Assembly (NCBI GenBank): GCA_964547465.1
Contig: CAZJNI010000004.1
Span: forward strand, 19,927 to 83,926
DNA length: 64,000 bases
Reading direction: 5' to 3'
Source of the DNA: an uncultured Gammaproteobacteria bacterium
GTDB taxonomy: Bacteria > Patescibacteriota > Microgenomatia > Daviesbacterales > UBA10151
Both the position numbers and the translations under genes were made by a program. Shown one piece after another: positions 40,381 to 49,793 of the stretch (position 1 is its first letter; each line of letters starts with the position of its first letter). The notes beneath the pieces were generated by a model. It saw only the letters and a list, made by a program, of their open reading frames with translations. It had not been told where the DNA came from and searched no databases.

Positions 40381-41493
40381 ATGGCTAAGAATGGTATAAC
40401 AACATTTACATCTGAATCAGTTTGTAGCGGTCATCCGGATAAGATTTGTGACCAAATCTCCGATGCAATTTTGGATGCAGTATTAGCCCAGGATCCCCAG
40501 GGCAGAACTGCCATTGAATGTCTGGCAGGAAACGACAGATTAATTATTGCCGGGGAAATAGGAGCCAAAGCTAAGATAGATTTTAAAAAAATTGCCAGAG
40601 AGCAAATAAAAAGATTAGGCTACACTGACTCTAAATTTAATTTTTCAGATAAGTCTCCAATTGAAGTATTTGTTCATGAACAATCCCCGGAAATTGCAGT
40701 AGGGGTAAAGAAAAAAGGTGCCGGTGATCAGGGAATGATGTTTGGGTATGCCTGTCGGGAAACAGCTGCTTTAATGCCCTTGCCGATAATGATGGCACAT
40801 GCCCTAACTAAAAGAATGGATATTGTAAGGGAGGAAAATATTATTAAATATTTAAGGCCTGATGGAAAGTCTCAAGTGACTATAGAATACAAAGACGGAA
40901 AACCCAGTAAAGTTACCCAAGTTGTTATAGCAGTACCACATAAAGAATCTATAAATTTGACCCAAGTTAAAGATGATGTATATAATTTTATAGTTATACC
41001 TGTTTTAGAAATGTTTGGTTACACCCTTAAAAAGGGTGATTTAGTTGTTAATGGAACCGGGATTTGGCATCATGGAGGACCGGCATCTGATTGCGGATTA
41101 ACCGGCAGAAAGATTGTAGTTGATACGTATGGCGGATATGCCAGAGTTGGAGGAGGTTGTTTTTCCGGTAAAGAGCCATCAAAAGTAGATAGGGGAGGAG
41201 CATATGCCGCCAGGTTTTTGGCCAAAAATATTGTAGCTCATAAGTTGGCAGATAGAGCAGAGGTGAGACTGGCATATTTTATTGGGGCCAAAAAACCAAC
41301 TATGGAAGATGTGGAAACTTTTGGCACAAATAAAAAATCTCATAAAGTCATAATTTCTTTCATGAATAAAATTTTGGATACGTCAGTTTCAGGAATATTA
41401 GAAGGTTTAGATTTGCAGCGCCCAATATATTTACCAACAGCCGCTTATGGTCACTTTGGCCGTGAAGAATTCCCCTGGGAAAGAATAGTTTAA
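40381..41493 (+). CDS. metK: S-adenosylmethionine synthetase
   Basis: FTSESV..GHPDK, GAGDQG, GLTGRKI, TAAYGHFG. Confidence 0.98.
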   Translation: MAKNGITTFTSESVCSGHPDKICDQISDAILDAVLAQDPQGRTAIECLAGNDRLIIAGEIGAKAKIDFKKIAREQIKRLGYTDSKFNFSDKSPIEVFVHEQSPEIAVGVKKKGAGDQGMMFGYACRETAALMPLPIMMAHALTKRMDIVREENIIKYLRPDGKSQVTIEYKDGKPSKVTQVVIAVPHKESINLTQVKDDVYNFIVIPVLEMFGYTLKKGDLVVNGTGIWHHGGPASDCGLTGRKIVVDTYGGYARVGGGCFSGKEPSKVDRGGAYAARFLAKNIVAHKLADRAEVRLAYFIGAKKPTMEDVETFGTNKKSHKVIISFMNKILDTSVSGILEGLDLQRPIYLPTAAYGHFGREEFPWERIV

Positions 41494-42266
41494 GAAAATT
41501 GTAAAATCATTGGTAAGTGATCTGAAATCTTTACATTTGGTACCTTAAAATCCTTTACTAAAATATCTGGGCTAACAAAAGTGTAATCAGCAAATTTTTC
41601 ATGACCTGGGAAAAAACTACTTCTGGTCGTAGAGATTTTGTATTCCTTGATTAAGTTAGTCATATTTTTCTCTAAAAGTTTTATACTTTGAGTATTCATA
41701 TCTAGATTTAAATCACCACAGAAAATTTTTTCTCCAGGCCTTTTATCTAAAAAATCATTAATCTGATCTGATTGGGAAATTCTGGAAGGAGTATCTCCCT
41801 TACCTTCTTTAGTCCAGATACCATGAAGATTACAAATAGTGAGTAAATTATTTTTTACTTTTATAGTTACATAAAGAATTGCTCTAGGAAAGCTATTCCA
41901 ATCCTTAGGATTAAAGGTTTCTTTTCTGCCGAAAACAAAGAAATGACCACTTGAATCTACTGTTATTTTTTTATTTACAAAAATAGCTTGTCCCCAAGAA
42001 AGATCAAAGTTTATAAAATTTGGTTGAAAACTTCCAGATATATAATTATCTATTGTTGAGACAAAATACACATTGTAATCTTTTAAAACCTTAGAGATCT
42101 CTGCATATAAATTAATTCTATATCCAAAAGAATTAATCTTACTAGAATTTGTCTTAAATACTTCTTGAAAGGAAAATACATCAGTATCTTCAGAGTTTTG
42201 TTTAATAAATTTTATTAGAGGCTTGAATTGTTTGCCACCCCAAGTATTTAAAGAGATTAATTTCAT
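41490..42266 (-). CDS. Endonuclease/exonuclease/phosphatase (EEP) family protein
   Basis: MKLISLN, FQEV, GDLN, DY, SDHLP; start moved to ATG 42266 because the longer ORF overlaps the tRNA. Confidence 0.9.
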   Translation of the reverse strand: MKLISLNTWGGKQFKPLIKFIKQNSEDTDVFSFQEVFKTNSSKINSFGYRINLYAEISKVLKDYNVYFVSTIDNYISGSFQPNFINFDLSWGQAIFVNKKITVDSSGHFFVFGRKETFNPKDWNSFPRAILYVTIKVKNNLLTICNLHGIWTKEGKGDTPSRISQSDQINDFLDKRPGEKIFCGDLNLDMNTQSIKLLEKNMTNLIKEYKISTTRSSFFPGHEKFADYTFVSPDILVKDFKVPNVKISDHLPMILQFS

Positions 42267-42286
42267 GTTAAAATTATACGATATAT

Positions 42287-42357
42287 CGGGGAGTAGTATA
42301 GTGGTAACACGCCGCGCTGGGGGTGCGGCATCGGGAGTCCGATTCTCCCCTCCCCGA
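42287..42357 (+). tRNA. tRNA-Pro(GGG); CCA not encoded
   Basis: Acceptor stem cggggag/ctccccg, anticodon stem ccgcg/tgcgg with loop ctGGGgg, T arm gggag-tccgatt-ctccc. Confidence 0.92.
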
Positions 42358-42407
42358 CACAACATGCTATGTATCCATACGTAAGTACGCTAAATAATTT
42401 TGGGGTA

Positions 42408-42437
42408 TTGACACCTTTGGGATATATTTGGTAATTT
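42408..42437 (+). promoter_or_regulatory. recA promoter, leaderless-type
   Basis: TTGACA-18 nt-TAATTT with extended TG, then 6 nt to ATG. Confidence 0.55.
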
Positions 42438-42443
42438 AAATTT

Positions 42444-43511
42444 ATGGCACAAACTACAGATAATAACGAAGCCAAAAAAGCAGCCATTTCTGCTGCCATG
42501 GCTCAAATCCAAAAAACTTACGGAACCGGTTCTATTATGAGGCTTGGGGAAAGGGCAGAGAAAATGACTACCCAGGTTATCCCCACAGGTTCTATTGCAG
42601 TTGATTTAGCTTTGGGGGTTGGTGGTTTGCCAAAGGGTAGAATTGTAGAAATATATGGTCCGGAGGCCGGTGGAAAAACTACCCTATGTTTACATGTTAT
42701 AGCAGAGGCACAGAAAAAAGGCGGTGTGGCAGCGTTTATAGATGCGGAGCATGCCCTGGATCCTCAAAGAGCTCAAAAAATTGGTGTTAATTTGGATGAT
42801 CTTTTAATTTCCCAACCGGACACTGGCGAGCAGGCTTTAGAGATTGCAGAGTCTTTAATAAGATCCGGAGGGATAGATGTGTTGGTGATAGATTCTGTGG
42901 CAGCCCTGGTTCCCAGGGCAGAATTAGAAGGCGAAATGGGAGATGCGGTGATGGGAATGCAGGCAAGATTAATGTCACAAGCGCTTCGTAAGCTAACCGG
43001 TGCAGTTTCCAATACTAACACTATTATAATTTTTACAAATCAACTAAGACAAAAAATTGGAGTAATGTTTGGAAATCCTGAAACAACCACAGGTGGTTTG
43101 GCACTTAAGTTTTATTCATCAATAAGACTGGACGTAAGGAAAATTGAAAATATTAAAGTGGGAGATATGGTAGTTGGTTCAAGACACAGAGTAAAGGTTG
43201 TAAAAAATAAGGTTGCTCCCCCATTTAGAATTGCAGAGTTTGATATGGATGATAATGGTATTTCTCATGAAGGGGAGCTTTTAGATGTAGGGATAGAGTT
43301 GGGAATTTTACAAAAATCTGGAGCATTTATAAAATGGGAAGAGTTAATGTTGGGACAGGGACGAGCGGCGGCAATAGATTTTCTTAAAACTAACAAAAAG
43401 GAAGCAGAAAAATTAGAAAAAGAAATAAGAGAAACATGGGGAAAGGAAAAAAAGAGTGATTTGGTGGTTGGTCAGGAAGAAGAAGGATCCGCTATAATTG
43501 AAGAATCCTGA
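42444..43511 (+). CDS. recA: Recombinase RecA
   Basis: [36 protein letters not shown]. Confidence 0.99.
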   Translation: MAQTTDNNEAKKAAISAAMAQIQKTYGTGSIMRLGERAEKMTTQVIPTGSIAVDLALGVGGLPKGRIVEIYGPEAGGKTTLCLHVIAEAQKKGGVAAFIDAEHALDPQRAQKIGVNLDDLLISQPDTGEQALEIAESLIRSGGIDVLVIDSVAALVPRAELEGEMGDAVMGMQARLMSQALRKLTGAVSNTNTIIIFTNQLRQKIGVMFGNPETTTGGLALKFYSSIRLDVRKIENIKVGDMVVGSRHRVKVVKNKVAPPFRIAEFDMDDNGISHEGELLDVGIELGILQKSGAFIKWEELMLGQGRAAAIDFLKTNKKEAEKLEKEIRETWGKEKKSDLVVGQEEEGSAIIEES

Positions 43512-44002
43512 TGGATTCCCTGGCATTTAAATTACTTCTGAATAAACTCTACAGACTTATCTCTATCAGAGCTAGATCGGAAAAAGAAATCAGAGATTAT
43601 TTAAGGGTAAAGGGTAAAGGGTTAAGGGGAAAGAAAATAGAGATAAATGATAAGATGATTGAGTATCTAATAGATACCCTAAAGCAGCAAAATCTTATTA
43701 ATGATTTAGGGTTTGCTAAAGCTTGGGTGGAATCAAGGAGCAGGAAAAAAGGGATGAGAGTTATCCGGCAGGAGTTATTTCAAAAAGGAATTGACAGGGA
43801 AATTGTGTCAAGTATCATGGGTCAAGTGTCAAGTATAGAAGAACAGAAAACAGCAGAAAAATTGCTTGAAAAAAAATTAAGAGTTTGGAAAAATTTACCC
43901 AATTTAGAATTTAAGAAAAAGGCATATGATTTCTTACTAAGAAGAGGATTTGAATATGGAATAGTGAAAGATGCCATTGAAAATATTATAAAAAAGATGT
44001 AA
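43511..44002 (+). CDS. recX: Regulatory protein RecX
   Basis: RSEKEIRDYL, NDLGFAKAW, ELFQKGI, FLLRRGF; follows recA. Confidence 0.93.
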   Translation: MDSLAFKLLLNKLYRLISIRARSEKEIRDYLRVKGKGLRGKKIEINDKMIEYLIDTLKQQNLINDLGFAKAWVESRSRKKGMRVIRQELFQKGIDREIVSSIMGQVSSIEEQKTAEKLLEKKLRVWKNLPNLEFKKKAYDFLLRRGFEYGIVKDAIENIIKKM

Positions 44003-44114
44003 AATACCATCAGAGAATCAGATAAGAGTGAGCAAAATATGAAGAAATTAATTCTCAATTTTTTAACTCCTCAAAACTTCGAGTAATCGAAGGGTATTTC
44101 CTGGTTCTCAGTGT

Positions 44115-44201
44115 TGTCATTCCGAGCGAATGAAGTTCGCGTGGGAATCTTGATTAATAGGGATTGCCACGTCGCTCGAGGACTCGCTCCTTGCAATGAC
44201 A
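44115..44201. repeat. GTCAT-tagged REP-like doublet upstream of rny
   Basis: tgtcattccgag-cgaatgaagttcg-cgtgggaatct...ggattgccacg...cttgcaatgaca. Confidence 0.9.
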
Positions 44202-44211
44202 GAGAGGAAGT

Positions 44212-45561
44212 ATGCAGCGATCATTTGGTCCTAAAAATTTTAGTCCACAGACTAATCCATCTTCTGGTGGAAACTTCTCAAGCAGAGAGGCAGATTTAGC
44301 CAAAAGAGAAGGAATTTTAGAAGAACGGGAAAGACAGATTTCCCAAAAAGATAAAAATTTGGATGAAAAATTAGACCAGATTGAGAAAGTAAGGATAGAT
44401 CTTTTAGAAAAATTAGAGAAAGCTTCCAAAATGTCTTTAGAGGAAGCGAAAAAAATTCTTTTAGAACAAGTGGATAAAGATTTGGCAGTTGAAATTTCCA
44501 AACGGGTTAAAGAAGCAGAAGAAGAAATAAAATTATCTGCGGATGAAAAATCAAAAGAGATATTGGCCGAGGCAATGCAGCATGGTTTTACAGATGTAAT
44601 TTCTGAATTTACCACCTCAAGAGTTAACCTTCCCGATGAAGAAGTTAAGGGTAGAATTATTGGTAAAGAGGGTAGAAATATCAGGACTTTTGAACAAGCA
44701 ACCGGAGTTGATGTAATTATGGATGATGAGACGCCAAATACGTTAATCATTTCCTCCTTTGATTCTGTTAGGCGGGAGATTGCCAAGGTTGCGCTGGAGC
44801 GACTAATTGCAGATGGAAGGATACAGCCGCAAAGAATTGAGGAGATTGTAGCGAAAACAAAAGAGGATTTTGAAAAAATTATGCTCCAGGCCGGAGAAAA
44901 ACTTTGCGGCGACGCCGGTGTTTATAATCTACCGGTAGATTTGGTGAAAGTTTTGGGAAGGTTTAAATATAGATTTTCGTTTGGACAAAATTTAATACAA
45001 CATACCTTGGAAGAAACCAGAATTGGTGTAGCTTTAGCGCAAATGATTGGAGCGGACGCTAATGTAGTACGTCTTGGTTGTTTACTGCATGATATAGGAA
45101 AAGTTGTGACCGAGGGAGATGAAGGAACACACGTTGATAAAGGAGTACAGATTGCCAAAAAATTCGAAATGCCGGAGGCAGTTGTCAATTGTATTGCAGA
45201 GCATCATGAAGATAAACCATTCTCATCAATAGAATCAATTTTAGTTTATATCGCTGATGCGATATCCGGTGGAAGACCGGGAGCCAGACATGAAAATGTT
45301 GAGGATTATATAAAGCGAATGGATGATATAGAAAAGATTGCCACTTCATTTGAAGGAGTAGACAGGGCATTTGCGCTGCAAGCCGGGCGTGAGGTTAGAG
45401 TTATCGTTATGCCGGATAGAATCTCGGATGATGAATTGCCAAAACTGGTACACGATATTGCGACGAGGATTGCCAAAGAAGTTATGGTACCTGGAGCAGT
45501 TAAAATAACTGCCATAAGAGAAATAAGAGCAACAGAAACAACAATGACTTCACCCCAGTGA
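44212..45561 (+). CDS. rny: Ribonuclease Y (no N-terminal TM helix visible)
   Basis: Coiled coil, KH KGRIIGKEGRNIR, HD LLHDIGK, ADAISGGRPGAR, QAGREVRV. Confidence 0.97.
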   Translation: MQRSFGPKNFSPQTNPSSGGNFSSREADLAKREGILEERERQISQKDKNLDEKLDQIEKVRIDLLEKLEKASKMSLEEAKKILLEQVDKDLAVEISKRVKEAEEEIKLSADEKSKEILAEAMQHGFTDVISEFTTSRVNLPDEEVKGRIIGKEGRNIRTFEQATGVDVIMDDETPNTLIISSFDSVRREIAKVALERLIADGRIQPQRIEEIVAKTKEDFEKIMLQAGEKLCGDAGVYNLPVDLVKVLGRFKYRFSFGQNLIQHTLEETRIGVALAQMIGADANVVRLGCLLHDIGKVVTEGDEGTHVDKGVQIAKKFEMPEAVVNCIAEHHEDKPFSSIESILVYIADAISGGRPGARHENVEDYIKRMDDIEKIATSFEGVDRAFALQAGREVRVIVMPDRISDDELPKLVHDIATRIAKEVMVPGAVKITAIREIRATETTMTSPQ

Positions 45562-45579
45562 AAATTGTAAAATGAGTTA

Positions 45580-46677
45580 ATGCGTGCAATTTTTACCAAA
45601 GACCTTTCCTACCCTGCTTTAGTTTTTTTGATTTGGCGACTAATAATTCTAGGATTTCAAATTTTTATCCAGCCTTTTTATAAAATAACTCCTGACTCAT
45701 TGTCTTTATGGGATAGATTGTTTACCTCATGGACTATGTATTGGGATGCTGGGCATTACTTAGGTATTGCCGTCTCAGGTTATCAATTTCCTCAACAAGC
45801 CTTCTTTCCTTTGTGGCCCCTACTAATTAAGTCATTCACCATGTTGGGATTATCCCATCATTGGGTAAGCTATCTGTTAACTTTTATTTTAGGTCTTGCT
45901 AATTTTATCCTACTTTATTTATTGGCTGGGAAATTAATTGATAGGCAAAAAGCCAAGTGGGCTCTAATTATTTTTGCCTGTTACCCTGCAACTATTTTTT
46001 TGCATGCTGGCTATAGTGAAAATTTATTTTTATTTTTAACAATGTCTTCCTTTCTATTCTTTGAAAATAAAAAATACTGGCTTTCTGCGATAATGGCAGG
46101 ATTAAGTGGTTCTAGCAGAATGGTCGGTATAGCTATAAGTGTATCCTTCTGGTTTACTGGGATAATTTTTACAAAAAAGCTGTTGATGAGTTTAACGGGA
46201 TTATTTGGTCTAATAGCTTATATGAGCTATTTATATTTTAATCATGGAGATTTCTTATTTTTTATCAAAGGACAACAAGCTTGGTGTGAGGCAGCCGGTC
46301 GTTGCCAATTCACTTTCCCTTTAATGCCACTATTACAATATGGCTGGTTATTATTTTCTGGGGCTATCAGAGTTAATCTTTTATCATTTAGATTTATTGA
46401 TTGGTTTAGTAGCGTGGTATTTTTAGGCTCCCTATTTTTAGTTTGGAAAAAATTACCTATCCGCTACTTTGTTTATTCTTTAGTGGTGTTGTTAATGCCT
46501 CTTTTATCAGGGACTACTACCTCAATGGTCAGAATGACTTTGGTTGCTTTTCCAATTTTTTTAGTTTTACCATATTTATTAAAAAATAAAAAAGTAATAA
46601 TTGGAGTAGCTCTATTACTGTTGCTTCTAGAGTTAAGATTTGTAGCCCTTTTCACCGGTCGGATTTGGGTAGCCTAG
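45580..46677 (+). CDS. GT-C mannosyltransferase (PIG-V-like)
   Basis: WDAGHYLGIA..GY..AFFPLWPLL, YSENLFL; multi-TM. Confidence 0.82.
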   Translation: MRAIFTKDLSYPALVFLIWRLIILGFQIFIQPFYKITPDSLSLWDRLFTSWTMYWDAGHYLGIAVSGYQFPQQAFFPLWPLLIKSFTMLGLSHHWVSYLLTFILGLANFILLYLLAGKLIDRQKAKWALIIFACYPATIFLHAGYSENLFLFLTMSSFLFFENKKYWLSAIMAGLSGSSRMVGIAISVSFWFTGIIFTKKLLMSLTGLFGLIAYMSYLYFNHGDFLFFIKGQQAWCEAAGRCQFTFPLMPLLQYGWLLFSGAIRVNLLSFRFIDWFSSVVFLGSLFLVWKKLPIRYFVYSLVVLLMPLLSGTTTSMVRMTLVAFPIFLVLPYLLKNKKVIIGVALLLLLLELRFVALFTGRIWVA

Positions 46678-46741
46678 GTTGGTAGACAATAAAGGATAAG
46701 TAGACCTTTACAAAGTTCCAAACATCTGCTAATTTAGTGCT

Positions 46742-47014
46742 ATGACTAAAAATCAACTTATAGAAAAAGTTGCCAAAAAAGCAAATCTTACTAAAGGTGC
46801 ATCAGCAGATGCAGTCAATTCTACATTTAATTTAATTAAAGATGGTTTGGTGAGAGGAGAGAAAGTTGTCATTACCGGATTTGGCACTTTTCTAATTAGA
46901 TCCAGAGCAGCTCGTCGTGGACGCAATCCTCAAACCGGAGAAACAATTCAAATCCCCAACAAAAAGACCCCGGGTTTCACTGCAGGAAAAACCCTTAAAA
47001 GATTAATTAAATGA
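46742..47014 (+). CDS. hup: DNA-binding protein HU
   Basis: GFGTF..RAARRGRNPQTGE. Confidence 0.97.
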   Translation: MTKNQLIEKVAKKANLTKGASADAVNSTFNLIKDGLVRGEKVVITGFGTFLIRSRAARRGRNPQTGETIQIPNKKTPGFTAGKTLKRLIK

Positions 47015-47496
47015 TAGCTCGCCAGCTAAAGCTTAAAGCCGTAATCTTTGATTACGCCGGTACTATTTATAATCCATTTACGAAGCAACTGTATCCTCAA
47101 ACTATAAACGTTTTAGAGTCTTTAACCAAAAAAGGTATAAAGTTGGCATTAGTGAGCAGATCTTCTGACTTAGAAGAAAGGTTATCAGAATTTAAGCATC
47201 TAAATTTAAAAAGATATTTTAAGGTTTTGGAAGCAGTTCCAGTAGAAAACGAGAAAGAATTTACTCACTTATTAAAAGAATTACATGTGAAAGCTGAAGA
47301 ATGTTTAGTTGTTGGAGATAGGGTTAAAAGTGAGATTCTGGAGGGAAATAAAATTGGAGCAATAACAGTTTGGGTACTTCAAGGAGAATTTCTGGATGAG
47401 AAGCCTGAATCTGAATTAGAAAAGCCAGACTATACAATTTCTTCGTTGAACGAGTTACCTAAAATACTAGCTAGTTGTATGGATACATATGAGTAA
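47011..47496 (+). CDS. HAD-family hydrolase
   Basis: AVIFDYAGT, LVVGDR..SEI..G, PDYTI. Confidence 0.85.
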   Translation: MIARQLKLKAVIFDYAGTIYNPFTKQLYPQTINVLESLTKKGIKLALVSRSSDLEERLSEFKHLNLKRYFKVLEAVPVENEKEFTHLLKELHVKAEECLVVGDRVKSEILEGNKIGAITVWVLQGEFLDEKPESELEKPDYTISSLNELPKILASCMDTYE

Positions 47497-47773
47497 ACCG
47501 TTAAGTGATAAAAATATTCAAATACCCAATGATATTTTAAAAAAACTCCTTACTCCTTCAGAAACTCGTATGTTGAAAAATCGCTTTTTAATAAAAAATC
47601 TTTTGGAAGAAGGTTTATCAATCAGAAGAATTGCCGAGAAAGTTAAAGTAGGAACAGATACGGTAGTTCGGGTGGCCAGAATAATTGAGAGGGGTAATTT
47701 GAAAGTTTCAAAGAAAGCAAAAAAATCGTCATTTAAAACCTCAACCCCATGGATTTTTGGAAAAAATGAGTAA
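47489..47773 (+). CDS. TrpR-like (YerC/YecD) HTH regulator
   Basis: LLTPSE..LKNR..LL..GLSIRRIA..VG..TVVRVAR. Confidence 0.8.
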   Translation: MSKPLSDKNIQIPNDILKKLLTPSETRMLKNRFLIKNLLEEGLSIRRIAEKVKVGTDTVVRVARIIERGNLKVSKKAKKSSFKTSTPWIFGKNE

Positions 47774-47778
47774 ACTTA

Positions 47779-48582
47779 ATGGATCCTAAAAATATTATTA
47801 AACAATTGGTACGACAGTTGAACCAAAACCCTTTAGTATCTGGATTTGTGCTAGTTGGTTCGCAAGCAAGAGAAGAAACTTATGTTGCTGATCAATATTC
47901 AGATTTGGAAGCTTATATTATAGTGAAAGATGAAAATGTTGAAGATTTCCAAAAACAATTACCGGATTTAGTTAGTAAATCAGGCCAGGTTATCTTTTCG
48001 TATAAAAATAGATGGGCCGGCTTTTCTACCGTTTTTGAAGATTTATTTAGATTAGAACTTCCAATAGCAAAACAATCTGAACTTATCCTTATATTTTCCA
48101 GGCCAAAGGCTCAAATTGTGAAGATTTTAATCGATAAAACAAATGGTCAATTAAAGAAAACGCTTAATGATCGTCCCCAAACTATAGATTATCAACAACT
48201 ATTTCAAGATCAGGTTGAAGATTTTTGGTATATGGTAATTGTAGCAGTACAATACTTTAAAAAGGGAGAAGTATATAACAGTAGAAGCGCTCTTCAAATA
48301 CTAATATCCTCTTTAATTAAATTATTAGAGCTCCTACAAGATCCTAAAATAGTCCTGTTAGAAACTAATAAACGTATTGAACAATTTTTATCAGTTGAAC
48401 AAATTGCCCTTCTCAAAGAAGTTAGCCCGGCTTATGATAGTGACCAAATAAAGCAATCATTAAAAATGATCATTAATGCTTTTTCGAATCTTTCAAAAGA
48501 AGTAGCTGATAAATATAATTATCAGTATAGAAAAGATATCGAAGATAAGATTAAATCTAAACTCCTGGACTCATTAAGTTAA
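47779..48582 (+). CDS. Nucleotidyltransferase resembling LinB/Lnu(B/F) or ANT(6)
   Basis: GS...DQYSDLEAYI, VFEDLFRLEL, helical C-terminal domain with KGE. Confidence 0.7.
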   Translation: MDPKNIIKQLVRQLNQNPLVSGFVLVGSQAREETYVADQYSDLEAYIIVKDENVEDFQKQLPDLVSKSGQVIFSYKNRWAGFSTVFEDLFRLELPIAKQSELILIFSRPKAQIVKILIDKTNGQLKKTLNDRPQTIDYQQLFQDQVEDFWYMVIVAVQYFKKGEVYNSRSALQILISSLIKLLELLQDPKIVLLETNKRIEQFLSVEQIALLKEVSPAYDSDQIKQSLKMIINAFSNLSKEVADKYNYQYRKDIEDKIKSKLLDSLS

Positions 48583-49793
48583 AAAGGATTTTTGGATAAA
48601 TTTGTATTAAAAAATAAATTGACTAAATTTTTTGGCAGATGTATTCCTGTCAAAAACGGATAAATTAATAGGAATCCAAACCCCATTAGAAAAAGTAAAA
48701 TAAAGATTAATTTTCTCCTTTTTTTATCATAAAAATCTTGACCTAGCTGATATCCTAAGCTAAGGCATAAAAATGGAACCGAAGGAGAGAAATGATATAA
48801 AAACATAATACGGGGAGATAATGCCCAGGGAAGCCAGAAAACTAGAAAACCGGAAATAATCAATATCAAAGCAAAAGATTTTTTTTTAATTGCTTCATAT
48901 GCAGTTAAAATTGTAGCAATTGATCCCACCCAAAAAACAACAGGATTACCAGAGGCAAAAATATTGGCAATATAATTTTTGTAATAATCAACAAAATACC
49001 AAACAGGATATAAATTTAGCGGCCATGACCACCATGATGAGGAATAGCTGTGGGTTGCCTTAAGATGAGTTTGATACCACCAGATTTGCCGATGAAGCTC
49101 TACAAAATCACTCCATTTATAGCCTATTAGGAAATATGGCGTATAGCTTAAGAGATAAATAATTGGGGGAATTAAAATAAAATAAATTAAATTCTTAAAT
49201 TGGCGCTGATAAATGAGAACTGGGGAATACATTAATAATAAGAAGATCCCCGGCCATTTAGTAGCAAAAGCAACTCCCAAAAATAAGGCCGAAAGGATAT
49301 ACCTTTTTTGAACAAAAAAGATAACGCTTATTAAAATAAAAGCTACTAAATATGCATCATTCATTCCTGTTCTGGATTGGACAAAAACTAATCCATCAAT
49401 TGAAAAAGCAAAAGAAGAAATAAGTGCTGCCTCTTCAGTTTTAAAAAGAAGCAATGCTAATTTATAAACTAAAAATACCGATAAAATACCAAGTAAAGTT
49501 CCAGGTAGTCTCCAGGCCCAGGCATCGGTAGTATGTAGTACAAACATTGAGATAGTCATTAACTCCTTTTCAATTGGAGGATGTAGCCATTCAAAAGCAA
49601 CTCCCGGGTCAGATTTCCCCCAGGGACTCCAAGCATCTTTATTTCCCTTTAAATATTCTTTGGCAGTGTAAGCATGGTAGACTTCATCAAAAACGTAATT
49701 TTTGGGATAATCAAGACGAAATAATCGTAAAAAGGCTGTTAATATTAAGATAGCAATCAAAATATTTTTTGGTTTAAGAAATTTCTTTAGCAT
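48579..49793 (-). CDS. Protein O-mannosyltransferase (PMT/GT39)
   Basis: FDEVYH, HPP, ATKW, HSYSSSWWSWPL, FLYH. Confidence 0.88.
   Translation of the reverse strand: MLKKFLKPKNILIAILILTAFLRLFRLDYPKNYVFDEVYHAYTAKEYLKGNKDAWSPWGKSDPGVAFEWLHPPIEKELMTISMFVLHTTDAWAWRLPGTLLGILSVFLVYKLALLLFKTEEAALISSFAFSIDGLVFVQSRTGMNDAYLVAFILISVIFFVQKRYILSALFLGVAFATKWPGIFLLLMYSPVLIYQRQFKNLIYFILIPPIIYLLSYTPYFLIGYKWSDFVELHRQIWWYQTHLKATHSYSSSWWSWPLNLYPVWYFVDYYKNYIANIFASGNPVVFWVGSIATILTAYEAIKKKSFALILIISGFLVFWLPWALSPRIMFLYHFSPSVPFLCLSLGYQLGQDFYDKKRRKLIFILLFLMGFGFLLIYPFLTGIHLPKNLVNLFFNTNLSKNPF

Noticed and set aside
42267-42499. Extended start of the EEP ORF and the 78-aa minus ORF
   Set aside because: They overlap tRNA-Pro and the recA start. 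The EEP motif begins at ATG 42266.
44111-44299. 62-aa ORF upstream of and overlapping rny
   Set aside because: Mostly a read-through of the palindromic repeat and out of frame with rny.
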